A stretch of 64,000 nt of DNA from Eledone cirrhosa (lineage: Eukaryota). Within the stretch, counting starts at the first letter, position 1, and each line of letters begins with the position of its first letter. Below the pieces are notes generated by a model that was given only the letters and a program-made list of their open reading frames with translations, did no database searches and was not told the DNA's origin. The DNA is taken from contig OZ024741.1 of NCBI GenBank assembly GCA_964016885.1, positions 14,012,001-14,076,000 on the forward strand. Direction: 5' to 3'. This document shows positions 15,001 to 27,847 of this stretch, in pieces. A program made the position numbers and the translations under genes.

Positions 15001-18000
15001 AACTAGGGTGTGGACTACCACCATAATACTGTGGTTTAGTAACTAGAGTGTGGAGTACCACCATAATACTGTGGTTTAGTAACTAGGGTGTGGAGTACCA
15101 CCATAATACTGTGGTTTAGTAGCTAGGGTGTGGAGTACCACCATAATACTGTGGTTTAGTAACTAGGGGGTGGAGTACCACCATAATACTGTGGTTTAGT
15201 AGCTAGGGTGTGGAGTACCACCATAATACTGTGGTTTAGTAACTAGGGTGTGGTGTACCACCATAATACTGTGGTTTAGTTGCTAGGGTGTGGAGTACCA
15301 CCATAATACTGTGGTTTAGTAACTAGGATGTGGAGTACCACCATAATACTGTGGTTTAGTAACTAGGGTGTGGAATACCACCATAATACTGTGGTTTACT
15401 AGCTAGGTGTGATGTACCACCATAATACTGTGGTTTAGTAACTAGGGTGTGGAGTACCACCATAATACTGTGGTTTAGTAGCTAGGGTGTGGAGTACACC
15501 ATAATACTGTGGTTTAGTAACTAGGGTGTAGAGTACCACCATAATACTGTGGTTTAGTAACTAGGGTGTGGAGTACCACCATAATACTGTGGTTTAGTAG
15601 CTAGGGTGTGGAGTACACCATAATACTGTGGTTTAGTAACTAGGGTGTGGAGTACCACCATAATACTGTGGTTTAGTAACTAGGGTGTGGAGTACCACCA
15701 TAATACTGTGGTTTAGTAGCTAGGGTGTGGAGTACCACCATAATACTGTGGTTTAGTAACTAGGGTGTGGAGTACCACCATAATACTGTGGTTTAGTAGC
15801 TAGGGTGTGGAGTACCACCATAATACTGTGGTTTAGTAACTAGGGTGTGGAGTACCACCATAATACTGTGGTTTACTAGCTAGGGTGTGGAGTACACCAT
15901 AATACAGTGGTTTAGTAACTAGGGTGTGGAATACCACCATAATACTGTGGTTTAGTAACTAGGGTGTGGAGTACCACCATAATACTGGTTTAGTAGCTAG
16001 GGTGTGGAGTACCACCGTAATACTGTGGTTTAGTAGCTAGGGTGTGGAGTACCACCGTAATACTGTGGTTTAGTAGCTAGGGTGTGGAGTACCACCATAA
16101 TACTGTGGTTTAGTAACTAGGGTGTGGACTACCACCATAATACTGTGGTTTAGCAACTAGAGTGTGGAGTACCACCATAATACTGTGGTTTTGTAACTAG
16201 AGGGTGGAGTACCACCATAATACTGTGGTTTAGTAACTATGGTGTGGAGTACCACCATAATACTGTGGTTTAGTAACTAGGGTGTGGAGTACCACCATAA
16301 TACTGTGGTTTAGTAACTAGGGTGTCGAGTACCACCACAATACTGTGATTTAGTAACTAGGGTGTGGAGTACCACCATAATACTGTGGTTTAGTAACTAG
16401 GGTGTGGAGTACCACCATAATACTGTGGTTTAGTAGCTAGGGTGTGGAGTACACCATAATACTGTGGTTTAGTAACTAGGGTGTGGAGTACCACCATAAT
16501 ACTGTGGTTTAGTAACTAGGATGTGGAGTACCACCATAATACTGTGGTTTAGTAACTAGGGTGTGGAGTACCACCATAATACTCTGGTTTAGTAGCTAGG
16601 GTGTGATGTACCACCATAATACTGTGGTTTAGTAACTAGGGGGTGGAGTACCACCATAATACTGTGGTTTAGTAGCTAGGGTGTGGAGTACCACCATAAT
16701 ACTGTGGTTTAGTAACTAGGGTGTGGAGTACCACCATAATACTGTGGTTTAGTTGCTAGGGTGTGGAGTACCACCATAATACTGTGGTTTAGTAACTAGG
16801 GTGTGGAGTACCACAATAATACTGTCGTTTAGTAACTAGCGTGTGGAGTACCACCATAATACTGTGGTTTAGTAACTAGGGTGTGGAGTACCACCATAAT
16901 ACTGTGGTTTAGTAGCTAGGGTGTGGAGTACCACCATAATACTGTGGTTTAGTAGCTAGGGTGTGGAGTACGACCATAATACTGTGGTTTAGTAGCTAGG
17001 GTGTGGAGTACCACCATAATACTGTGGTTTAGTAACTAGGGTGTGGAGTACCACCATAATACTGTGGTTTGGTAACTAGGGTGTGGAGTTCCACCATAAT
17101 ACTGTGATTTAGTAACTAGGGTGTGGAGTACCACCATAATACTGGTTTAGTAGCTAGGGTGTGGAGTACCACCGTAATACTGTGGTTTAGTAGCTAGGGT
17201 GTGGAGTACACCATAATACTGTGGTTTAGTAGCTAGGGTGTGGAGTACCACCATAATACTGTGGTTTAGTAGCTAGGGTGTGGAGTACACCATAATACAG
17301 TGGTTTAGCAGCTAGGATGTGGAGTACCACCATAATACTGTGGTTTAGTAACTAGGGTGTGGAGTACCACCATAATACTGTGATTTAGTAGCTAGGGTGT
17401 GGAGTACCACCATAATACTGTTGTTTAGTAGCTAGGGTGTGGAGTACACCATAATACTGTGGTTTAGTAGCTAGAGTGTGGAGTACCACCATAATACTGT
17501 GGTTTAGTAGCTAGGGTGTGGAGTACACCATAATACAGTGGTTTAGTAACTAGGGTGTGGAATACCACCATAATACTGTGGTTTAGTAACTAGGGTGTGG
17601 AGTACCACCATAATACTGGTTTAGTAGCTAGGGTGTGGAGTACCACCGTAATACTGTGGTTTAGTAGCTAGGGTGTGGAGTACACCATAATACCGTGGTT
17701 TAGTAGCTAGGGTGTGGAGTACACCATAATACAGTGGTTTAGTAACTAGGGTGTGGAGTACCACCATAATACTGGTTTAGTAGCTAGGGTGTGGAGTACC
17801 ACAGTAATACTGTGGTTTAGTAGCTAGGGTGTGGAGTACCACTGTAATACTGTGGTTTAGTAGCTAGGGTGTGGAGTACCACCATAATACTGTGGTTTAG
17901 TAACTAGGGTGTGGACTACCACCATAATACTGTGGTTTAGTAACTAGAGTGTGGAGTACCACCATAATACTGTGATTTAGTAACTAGAGGGTGGAGTACC

Positions 18001-21000
18001 ACCATAATACTGTGGTTTAGTAACTAGGGTGTGGAGTACCACCATAATACTGTGGTTTAGTAACTAGGATGTGGAGTACCACCATAATACTGTGGTTTAG
18101 TAACTAGGGTGTGGAGTACCACCATAATACTGTGGTTTAGTAACTAGGGTGTGGAGTACACCATAATACTGTGGTTTAGTAACTAGGGTGTGGAGTACCA
18201 CCATAATACTGTGGTTTAGTAACTAGGATGTGGAGTACCACCATAATACTGTGGTTTAGTAACTAGGGTGTGGAGTACCACCATAATACTGTGGTTTAGT
18301 AACTAGGGTGTGGAGTACCACCATAATACTGTGGTTTAGTAACTAGGGTGTGGAGTACACCATAATACTGTGGTTTAGTAACTAGGGTGTGGAGTACCAC
18401 CATAATACTGTGGTTTAGTAACTAGGGTGTGGAGTACCACCATAATACTGTGGTTTAGTAACTAGGATGTGGAGTACCACCATAATACTGTGGTTTAGTA
18501 ACTAGGGTGTGGAGTACCACCATAATACTGTGGTTTAGTAGCTAGGGTGTGATGTACCACCATAATACTGTGGTTTAGTAACTAGGGGGTGGAGTACCAC
18601 CATAATACTGTGGTTTAGTAGCTAGGGTGTGGAGTACCACCATAATACTGTGGTTTAGTAACTAGGGTGTGGAGTACCACCATAATACTGTGGTGTAGTT
18701 GCTAGGGTGTGGAGTACCACTATAATACTGTGGTTTAGTAACTAGGGTGTGGAGTACCACCATAATACTGTGGTTTAGTAACTAGCGTGTGGAGTACCAC
18801 CATAATACTGTGGTTTAGTAACTAGGGTGTGGAGTACCACCATAATACTGTGGTTTAGTAGCTAGGGTGTGGAGTACCACCATAATACTGTGGTTTAGTA
18901 GCTAGGGTGTGGAGTACCACCATAATACTGTGGTTTACTAGCTAGGGTGTGGAGTACACCATAATACAGTGGTTTAGTAACTAGGGTGTGGAATACCACC
19001 ATAATACTGTGGTTTAGTAACTAGGGTGTGGAGTACCACCATAATACTGGTTTAGTAGCTAGGGTGTGGAGTACCACCGTAATACTGTGGTTTAGTAGCT
19101 AGGGTGTGGAGTACCACCGTAATACTGTGGTTTAGTAGCTAGGGTGTGGAGTACCACCATAATACTGTGGTTTAGTAACTAGGGTGTGGACTACCACCAT
19201 AATACTGTGGTTTAGCAACTAGAGTGTGGAGTACCACCATAATACTGTGGTTTTGTAACTAGAGGGTGGAGTACCACCATAATACTGTGGTTTAGTAACT
19301 ATGGTGTGGAGTACCACCATAATACTGTGGTTTAGTAACTAGGGTGTGGAGTACCACCATAATACTGTGGTTTAGTAACTAGGGTGTCGAGTACCACCAC
19401 AATACTGTGATTTAGTAACTAGGGTGTGGAGTACCACCATAATACTGTGGTTTAGTAACTAGGGTGTGGAGTACCACCATAATACTGTGGTTTAGTAGCT
19501 AGGGTGTGGAGTACACCATAATACTGTGGTTTAGTAACTAGGGTGTGGAGTACCACCATAATACTGTGGTTTAGTAACTAGGATGTGGAGTACCACCATA
19601 ATACTGTGGTTTAGTAACTAGGGTGTGGAGTACCACCATAATACTCTGGTTTAGTAGCTAGGGTGTGATGTACCACCATAATACTGTGGTTTAGTAACTA
19701 GGGGGTGGAGTACCACCATAATACTGTGGTTTAGTAGCTAGGGTGTGGAGTACCACCATAATACTGTGGTTTAGTAACTAGGGTGTGGAGTACCACCATA
19801 ATACTGTGGTTTAGTTGCTAGGGTGTGGAGTACCACCATAATACTGTGGTTTAGTAACTAGGGTGTGGAGTACCACAATAATACTGTCGTTTAGTAACTA
19901 GCGTGTGGAGTACCACCATAATACTGTGGTTTAGTAACTAGGGTGTGGAGTACCACCATAATACTGTGGTTTAGTAGCTAGGGTGTGGAGTACCACCATA
20001 ATACTGTGGTTTAGTAGCTAGGGTGTGGAGTACGACCATAATACTGTGGTTTAGTAGCTAGGGTGTGGAGTACCACCATAATACTGTGGTTTAGTAACTA
20101 GGGTGTGGAGTACCACCATAATACTGTGGTTTGGTAACTAGGGTGTGGAGTTCCACCATAATACTGTGATTTAGTAACTAGGGTGTGGAGTACCACCATA
20201 ATACTGGTTTAGTAGCTAGGGTGTGGAGTACCACCGTAATACTGTGGTTTAGTAGCTAGGGTGTGGAGTACACCATAATACTGTGGTTTAGTAGCTAGGG
20301 TGTGGAGTACCACCATAATACTGTGGTTTAGTAGCTAGGGTGTGGAGTACACCATAATACAGTGGTTTAGCAGCTAGGATGTGGAGTACCACCATAATAC
20401 TGTGGTTTAGTAACTAGGGTGTGGAGTACCACCATAATACTGTGATTTAGTAGCTAGGGTGTGGAGTACCACCATAATACTGTTGTTTAGTAGCTAGGGT
20501 GTGGAGTACACCATAATACTGTGGTTTAGTAGCTAGAGTGTGGAGTACCACCATAATACTGTGGTTTAGTAGCTAGGGTGTGGAGTACACCATAATACAG
20601 TGGTTTAGTAACTAGGGTGTGGAATACCACCATAATACTGTGGTTTAGTAACTAGGGTGTGGAGTACCACCATAATACTGGTTTAGTAGCTAGGGTGTGG
20701 AGTACCACCGTAATACTGTGGTTTAGTAGCTAGGGTGTGGAGTACACCATAATACCGTGGTTTAGTAGCTAGGGTGTGGAGTACACCATAATACAGTGGT
20801 TTAGTAACTAGGGTGTGGAGTACCACCATAATACTGGTTTAGTAGCTAGGGTGTGGAGTACCACAGTAATACTGTGGTTTAGTAGCTAGGGTGTGGAGTA
20901 CCACTGTAATACTGTGGTTTAGTAGCTAGGGTGTGGAGTACCACCATAATACTGTGGTTTAGTAACTAGGGTGTGGACTACCACCATAATACTGTGGTTT

Positions 21001-24000
21001 AGTAACTAGAGTGTGGAGTACCACCATAATACTGTGATTTAGTAACTAGAGGGTGGAGTACCACCATAATACTGTGGTTTAGTAACTAGGGTGTGGAGTA
21101 CCACCATAATACTGTGGTTTAGTAACTAGGATGTGGAGTACCACCATAATACTGTGGTTTAGTAACTAGGGTGTGGAGTACCACCATAATACTGTGGTTT
21201 AGTAACTAGGGTGTGGAGTACACCATAATACTGTGGTTTAGTAACTAGGGTGTGGAGTACCACCATAATACTGTGGTTTAGTAACTAGGATGTGGAGTAC
21301 CACCATAATACTGTGGTTTAGTAACTAGGGTGTGGAGTACCACCATAATACTGTGGTTTAGTAACTAGGGTGTGGAGTACCACCATAATACTGTGGTTTA
21401 GTAACTAGGGTGTGGAGTACACCATAATACTGTGGTTTAGTAACTAGGGTGTGGAGTACCACCATAATACTGTGGTTTAGTAACTAGGGTGTGGAGTACC
21501 ACCATAATACTGTGGTTTAGTAACTAGGATGTGGAGTACCACGATAATACTGTGGTTTAGTAACTAGGGTGTGGAGTACCACCATAATACTGTGGTTTAG
21601 TAGCTAGGGTGTGATGTACCACCATAATACTGTGGTTTAGTAACTAGGGGGTGGAGTACCACCATAATACTGTGGTTTAGTAGCTAGGGTGTGGAGTACC
21701 ACCATAATACTGTGGTTTAGTAACTAGGGTGTGGAGTACCACCATAATACTGTGGTGTAGTTGCTAGGGTGTGGAGTACCACTATAATACTGTGGTTTAG
21801 TAACTAGGGTGTGGAGTACCACCATAATACTGTGGTTTAGTAACTAGCGTGTGGAGTACCACCATAATACTGTGGTTTAGTAACTAGGGTGTGGAGTACC
21901 ACCATAATACTGTGGTTTAGTAGCTAGGGTGTGGAGTACCACCATAATACTGTGGTTTAGTAGCTAGGGTGTGGAGTACGACCATAATACTGTGGTTTAG
22001 TAGCTAGGGTGTGGAGTACCACCATAATACTGTGGTTTAGTAACTAGGGTGTGGAGTACCACCATAATACTGTGGTTTGGTAACTAGGGTGTGGAGTTAC
22101 ACCATAATACTGTGGTTTAGTAACTAGGGTGTGGAGTACCACCATAATACTGTGGTTTAGTAACTAGGGTGTGGAGTACCACCATAATACTGTGGTTTAG
22201 TAGCTAGGGTGTGGAGTACACCATAATACTGTGGTTTAGTAGCTAGGGTGTGGAGTACCACCATAATACTGTGGTTTAGTAGCTAGGGTGTGGAGTACAC
22301 CATAATACAGTGGTTTAGCAGCTAGGGTGTGGAGTACCACCATAATACTGTGGTTTAGTAACTAGGGGGTGGAGTACCACCATAATACTGTGGTTTAGTA
22401 GCTAGGGTGTGGAGTACCACCATAATACTGTGGTTTAGTAACTAGGGTGTGGAGTACCACCATAATACTGTGGTGTAGTTGCTAGGGTGTGGAGTACCAC
22501 TATAATACTGTGGTTTAGTAACTAGGGTGTGGAGTACCACCATAATACTGTGGTTTAGTAACTAGGGTGTGGAGTACCACCATAATACTGTGGTTTAGTA
22601 ACTAGGATGTGGAGTACCACCATAATACTGTGGTTTAGTAACTAGGGTGTGGAGTACCACCATAATACTGTGGTTTAGTAGCTAGGGTGTGATGTACCAC
22701 CATAATACTGTGGTTTAGTAACTAGGGGGTGGAGTACCACCATAATACTGTGGTTTAGTAGCTAGGGTGTGGAGTACCACCATAATACTGTGGTTTAGTA
22801 ACTAGGGTGTGGAGTACCACCATAATACTGTGGTGTAGTTGCTAGGGTGTGGAGTACCACTATAATACTGTGGTTTAGTAACTAGGGTGTGGAGTACCAC
22901 CATAATACTGTGGTTTAGTAACTAGCGTGTGGAGTACCACCATAATACTGTGGTTTAGTAACTAGGGTGTGGAGTACCACCATAATACTGTGGTTTAGTA
23001 GCTAGGGTGTGGAGTACCACCATAATACTGTGGTTTAGTAGCTAGGGTGTGGAGTACCACCATAATACTGTGGTTTGGTAACTAGGGTGTGGAGTTCCAC
23101 CATAATACTGTGGTTTAGTAACTAGGGTGTGGAGTACCACCATAATACTGTGGTTTAGTAACTAGGGTGTGGAGTACCACCATAATACTGTGATTTAGTA
23201 GCTAGGGTGTGGAGTACCACCATAATACTGTGGTTTAGTAACTAGGGTGTGGAGTACCACCATAATACTGTGGTTTAGTAGCTAGGGTGTGGAGTACCAC
23301 CATAATACTGTGGTTTAGTAACTAGGGTGTGGAGTACCACCATAATACTGTGGTTTGGTAACTAGGGTGTGGAGTTCCACCATAATACTGTGGTTTAGTA
23401 ACTAGGGTGTGGAGTACCACCATAATACTGTGGTTTAGTAACTAGGGTGTGGAGTACCACCATAATACTGTGGTTTAGTAGCTAGGGTGTGGAGTACACC
23501 ATAATACTGTGGTTTAGTAGCTAGGGTGTGGAGTACCACCATAATACTGTGGTTTAGTAGCTAGGGTGTGGAGTACACCATAATACAGTGGTTTAGCAGC
23601 TAGGATGTGGAGTACCACCATAATACTGTGGTTTAGTAACTAGGGTGTGGAGTACCACCATAATACTGTGGTTTAGTAGCTAGGGTGTGGAGTACCACCA
23701 TAATACTGTGGTTTAGTAGCTAGGGTGTGGAGTACCACCATAATACTGTGGTTTAGTAACTAGGGTGTGGAGTACCACCATAATACTGTGGTTTAGTAGC
23801 TAGGGTGTGGAGTACCACCATAATACTGTGGTTTAGTAGCTAGGGTGTGGAGTACCACCATAATTCTGTGGTTTAGTAGCTAGGGTGTGGAGTACCACCA
23901 TAATACTGTGGTTTAGTAACTAGGGTGTGGAGTACCACCATAATACTGTGGTTTAGTAACTAGGGTGTGGAGTACCACCATAATACTGTGGTTTAGTAAC

Positions 24001-24590
24001 TAGGGTGTGGAGTACCACCATAATACTGTGGTTTAGTAACTAGGGTGTGGAGTACCACCATAATACTGTGGTTTAGTAGCTAGGGTGTGGAATACCACCA
24101 TAGTACTGTGGTTTAGTAGCTAGGGTGTGGAGTACCACCATAATACTGTGGTTTAGTAACTAGGGTGTGGAGTACCACCATAATACTGTGGTTTAGTAAC
24201 TAGCATGTGGAGTACCACCATAATACTGTGGTTTAGTAACTAGGGTGTGGAGTACCACCATAATACTGTGGTTTAGTAGCTAGTGTGTGGAGTACCACCA
24301 TAATACTGTGGTTTAGTAACTAGGGTGTGGAGTACCACCATAATACTGTGGTTTAGTAACTAGGGTGTGGAGTACCACCATAATACTGTGGTTTAGTAGC
24401 TAGGGTGTGGAGTACCACCATAATACTGTGGTATAGTAGCTAGTGTGTGGAGTACCACCATAATACTGTGGTTTAGTAGCTAGGGTGTGGAGTACACCAT
24501 AATACAGTGGTTTAGTAGCTAGTGTGTGGAGTACCACCATAATACTGTGGTTTAGTAACTAGGGTGTGGAGTACCACCATAATACTGTGG
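1..24590 (+). repeat. 40-bp satellite array, about 615 monomers, truncated by the window start
   Basis: Head-to-tail monomer GTGGTTTAGTA(A/G)CTAGGGTGTGGAGTACCACCATAATACT with point variants and 1-2 nt deletions. No spacers. Confidence 0.99.
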
Positions 24591-24651
24591 GTTCCATCCC
24601 TGGACTGGGCAACATAATTCATTTTATGTTACTCCAGTTCACTCAGCTAAT

Positions 24652-24831
24652 AATTGTTTCTATTATTGGCACAAGGCCAGCAATTATCCCAGTGTATTAC
24701 TGGTACTTTATTTTATCGACTCCGTAAGGTTGAAAGGCAAACTTTACCTCGGGGGGATTTGAACTCAGAATATAAGGGGCCATAACTATGCTACAAAGCC
24801 TGTTGTCTGACGCTCTACCGATACTGCCAAT
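24652..24831 (-). mobile_element. SINE family B copy, nested
   Basis: Reverse complement of the element at 29190-29375 (GAGTTCAAATCCC...GAGGT...TTTGCCTTTCA...AAGTACCAG...GGCCTTGTGCC). Confidence 0.85.
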
Positions 24832-24854
24832 TGAGTACCAGCAGTAGCTGAAAG

Positions 24855-25026
24855 TTAACCTCTGTGATGGACTGGTGTCCTGTCCAGGGGAGGTTCTGTA
24901 CTCTCAATCACTTAACCCTGTGATGGACTGGTGTACTGTCCAAGGGAGGTTCTGTACTCTCAATCACTTAACCCTGTGATGGACTGGTGTCCTGTCCAGG
25001 GGAGTCTTGTACTCTCAATCACTTAA
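24855..25026 (+). repeat. About 56-bp tandem repeat, 3 copies, inside the SINE 3' body
   Basis: TTAACCCTGTGATGGACTGGTGTCCTGTCCAGGGGAGG...CTCTCAATCAC at about 24855, 24912 and 24968. Confidence 0.9.
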
Positions 25027-25098
25027 TACCAATGAGACTGGGAATAACACCAGCATGATAAGACTCTGGTAGTAGGACAGACATTAACCTTTTATTTT

Positions 25099-25616
25099 TA
25101 TGTATGTGTATGTGTCTACATGTGTGTGTCTACATGTGTGTGTCTATATGTGTCTATACATGTGTACATATGTGTCTATACACATATGTATGTATCTATA
25201 CATGTGTATCTATGTATCTATACATGTCTATGTATGTATCTATACATGTGTGTGTATGTATCTATACATATGTGAATGTATCTATATATATGTGTATGTG
25301 TCTATACATGTGTATGTGTGTATCTATACATGTGTATGTATATATCTATACATGTGTATGTATGTATCTATACATGTGTATGTATATATCTATACATGTG
25401 TGTATCTATACATGTGTGTATCTATACATGTGTATGTATATATCTATACATGTGTATGTATGTATCTATACATGTGTATGTATGTATCTATACATGTGTA
25501 TGTATGTATCTATACATGTATATATATCTATACATGTGTATGTATATATCTATACATGTGTATGTCTATACATGTTTATGTATATATCTATGTGTATGTG
25601 TCTATACATGTGTATA
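25099..25616. repeat. Degenerate TA/TG micro- or minisatellite (TATCTATACATGTG core)
   Basis: Low-complexity repeat; source of the MCVY-type ORFs. Confidence 0.95.
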
Positions 25617-25770
25617 CTCCCAACTGACAAAGTCATCAGATCATTGGATTAAAATACTTTGTGGTATTTGTCCCAGTTCTGTATGCTTTGAGTTCAAATC
25701 CCATTTAAAACTTTACCATCCTTTCATGGTCAATAACTACAGTACTGGTCCAGGATTTACAGAATTGTTA

Positions 25771-25929
25771 GTCAGACCTGATACCTTGCAGTATCTCTTT
25801 CACCCCTGTCTATTCTGAGCTGCTCACCTACAATGTCATTGTTGCTAAGCTATGGTCAGACATGATACCTTGCAGTATTTCTTTCACCCCTGTCTATTCT
25901 GAGCTGCTCACCTACAATGTCATTGTTGC
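25771..25929 (+). repeat. About 84-bp tandem duplication
   Basis: GTCAGAC.TGATACCTTGCAGTAT...CTACAATGTCATTGTTGC at 25771 and 25855. Confidence 0.9.
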
Positions 25930-26216
25930 CATGTTGTGTCAGCCCCTAACTTTCCCTAGGACAACATTTTTGCATAAAGAAAGGGGACTGGCATGCACAG
26001 GAAATGGTTGGTCTTCTACAAAACACCTTGTTCAGTTTTCCACCGTTGAGAATAACTTTCCAGGTATATACCTGTAGTTAGCCATGATCAGAGAGGGCTT
26101 TTTTACCTATTTCTGTGGTTGTGGGTGTATGTATATATGTACATGTGTGTGTGTGTATGTGTATGTGTGTGTGTGTGTGTGTATGTACATGTGTGTATGT
26201 ACGCATGTATGTGTGT

Positions 26217-27080
26217 GAAGGTACATGGCTTAGTGGTTAGAGCATTGGGCTTGCAATTGAGAGGTTGTGAGTTCAATTCTCAGACCGGGTGATGAGTTGT
26301 TTCCTTAAGCAAGACACTTTATTTCACGTTGCTCCAGTTTACTCAGCTGTAGAAATGAGTTGTGACGTCACTGGTGCCAAGCTGTATTGGCCAGTGCCTT
26401 TCCTTTGGACAACATATATAGTGTATAATATATACTGTACATAGAGTATATATATAATGTATATGTATGTTGTGACGTCACTGGTGCCAAGCTGTATTGG
26501 TCAGTACCTTTCTCTTGGACAACATATATAGTGTATAATATATACTGTACATAGAGTATATATATAATGTATATGTATGTTGTGACGTCACTGGTGCCAA
26601 GCTGTATTGGTCAGTACCTTTCTCTTGGACAACATATATAGTGTATAATATATACTGTACATAGAGTATATATATAATGTATATGTATGTTGTGACGTCA
26701 CTGGTGCCAAGCTGTATTGGTCAGTACCTTTCTCTTGGACAACATATATAGTGTATAATATATACTGTACATAGAGTATATATATAATGTATATGTATGT
26801 TGTGACGTCACTGGTGCCAAGCTGTATTGGTCAGTACCTTTCTCTTGGACAACATATATAGTGTATAATATATACTGTACATAGAGTATATATATAATGT
26901 ATATGTATGTTGTGACGTCACTGGTGCCAAGCTGTATTGGTCAGTACCTTTCTCTTGGACAACATATATAGTGTATAATATATACTCCTGGTCTTCCACA
27001 AACAACCTTGCCTGGACTTGTGCCTCAGAGGCGAACTTTCTAGGTGCAAAACCTTGGTCATTCGTGACTGAATGGGGCCA
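26217..27080 (+). mobile_element. tRNA-derived SINE (family A) with internal tandem expansion
   Basis: A box TGGCTTAGTGG (26226) and B box GAGTTCAATTC (26269). Body and 3' part are colinear with the copy at 61152-61495. Confidence 0.88.
26359..26987 (+). repeat. 110-bp minisatellite, about 5.7 copies
   Basis: TGTGACGTCACTGGTGCC at 26361, 26471, 26581, 26691, 26801 and 26911. Confidence 0.97.
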
Positions 27081-27479
27081 AAGAAGGAAGATGTATGTGT
27101 GTATGTGTGTGTATGCATGCATGTGTGTATGTATGTGTGTATGTATTTATGTATGTATGTTACATCTCACACCTATGTAGGTTCGGTTGGCTTCTTATGA
27201 GGTTGCATCTCATAGGAAGTTTTAATGACAGGGTCCCATCATTTAACGTGTTTATGTGAGAGTAAAGATACATTATTACTTAACTTTGTGTATATCTAGC
27301 CACCTCATTGGTTGATAATGAAGGTCACCACATCCACAAATACCATATACTGTATATATATGTCCTTTCATCCTTGTCCATCTTGTCTTTTATTCTGACA
27401 TAGTTTATCAGGGATGATATTATCTACTGTGTTGTCTTTAACATATATCATGTACAAAGGAAAAGGGGGAAGATTAAGC

Positions 27480-27812
27480 TATCCCCTTAACCACCCTAAC
27501 ACCCGTTAACCCCTCTTTACCCCCCTTAATTCCTCTTAACTCCCCTTTAACTCCTCTTAACCCCCTTAACACCACCCCCTATCACCCCACCATACCCCCT
27601 TAACACCTCAACTTCTCCACACACCCACCACATCCCTTCCACATCACACCACACCCCTTTAACACCCCAACCCCTCCACACACCCACCACACCCCACTGC
27701 AAGCCCTCCACACCCCACTGAAACCCCTCCACACCCATCCACATCCCCATGCATGACACCCCCACTGCACCTCTCCACATCCCCTCCACCCTCCACACCC
27801 CTACCACACCCC
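27480..27812. repeat. C-rich low-complexity tract
   Basis: Runs of CCCC, CACCCC and TTAACCCC directly upstream of the exon acceptor. Confidence 0.85.
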
Positions 27813-27847
27813 TTATTTTTCTAATATTTTATTGTCTTATATTTCAG

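Larger units (their letters stand above)
24547..25080 (+). mobile_element. tRNA-derived SINE whose head is the last satellite monomer, interrupted by a nested SINE
   Basis: The last monomer runs into a B-box-like GGTTCCATCCC (24590), then TGGACTGGG...ACTCCAGTTCACTCAGCT, matching SINE heads at 26217, 29662 and 61152. It resumes at about 24832 with GAGTACCAGC...GATGGACTGG. Confidence 0.75.

Noticed and set aside
1-24590. CRISPR-like array (40-bp partly palindromic repeats)
   Set aside because: Monomers are contiguous with no unique spacers, there are no cas genes, and the context is a eukaryotic intron.
1-24590. Telomeric repeat (CTAGGG resembles TTAGGG)
   Set aside because: Only one variant hexamer per 40 bp and no tandem TTAGGG; SINE-head origin explains it better.
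26217-26290. tRNA gene (also 45190-45258, 47490-47558, 61152-61225)
   Set aside because: A and B boxes are present but there is no convincing cloverleaf, and each continues into a SINE body.
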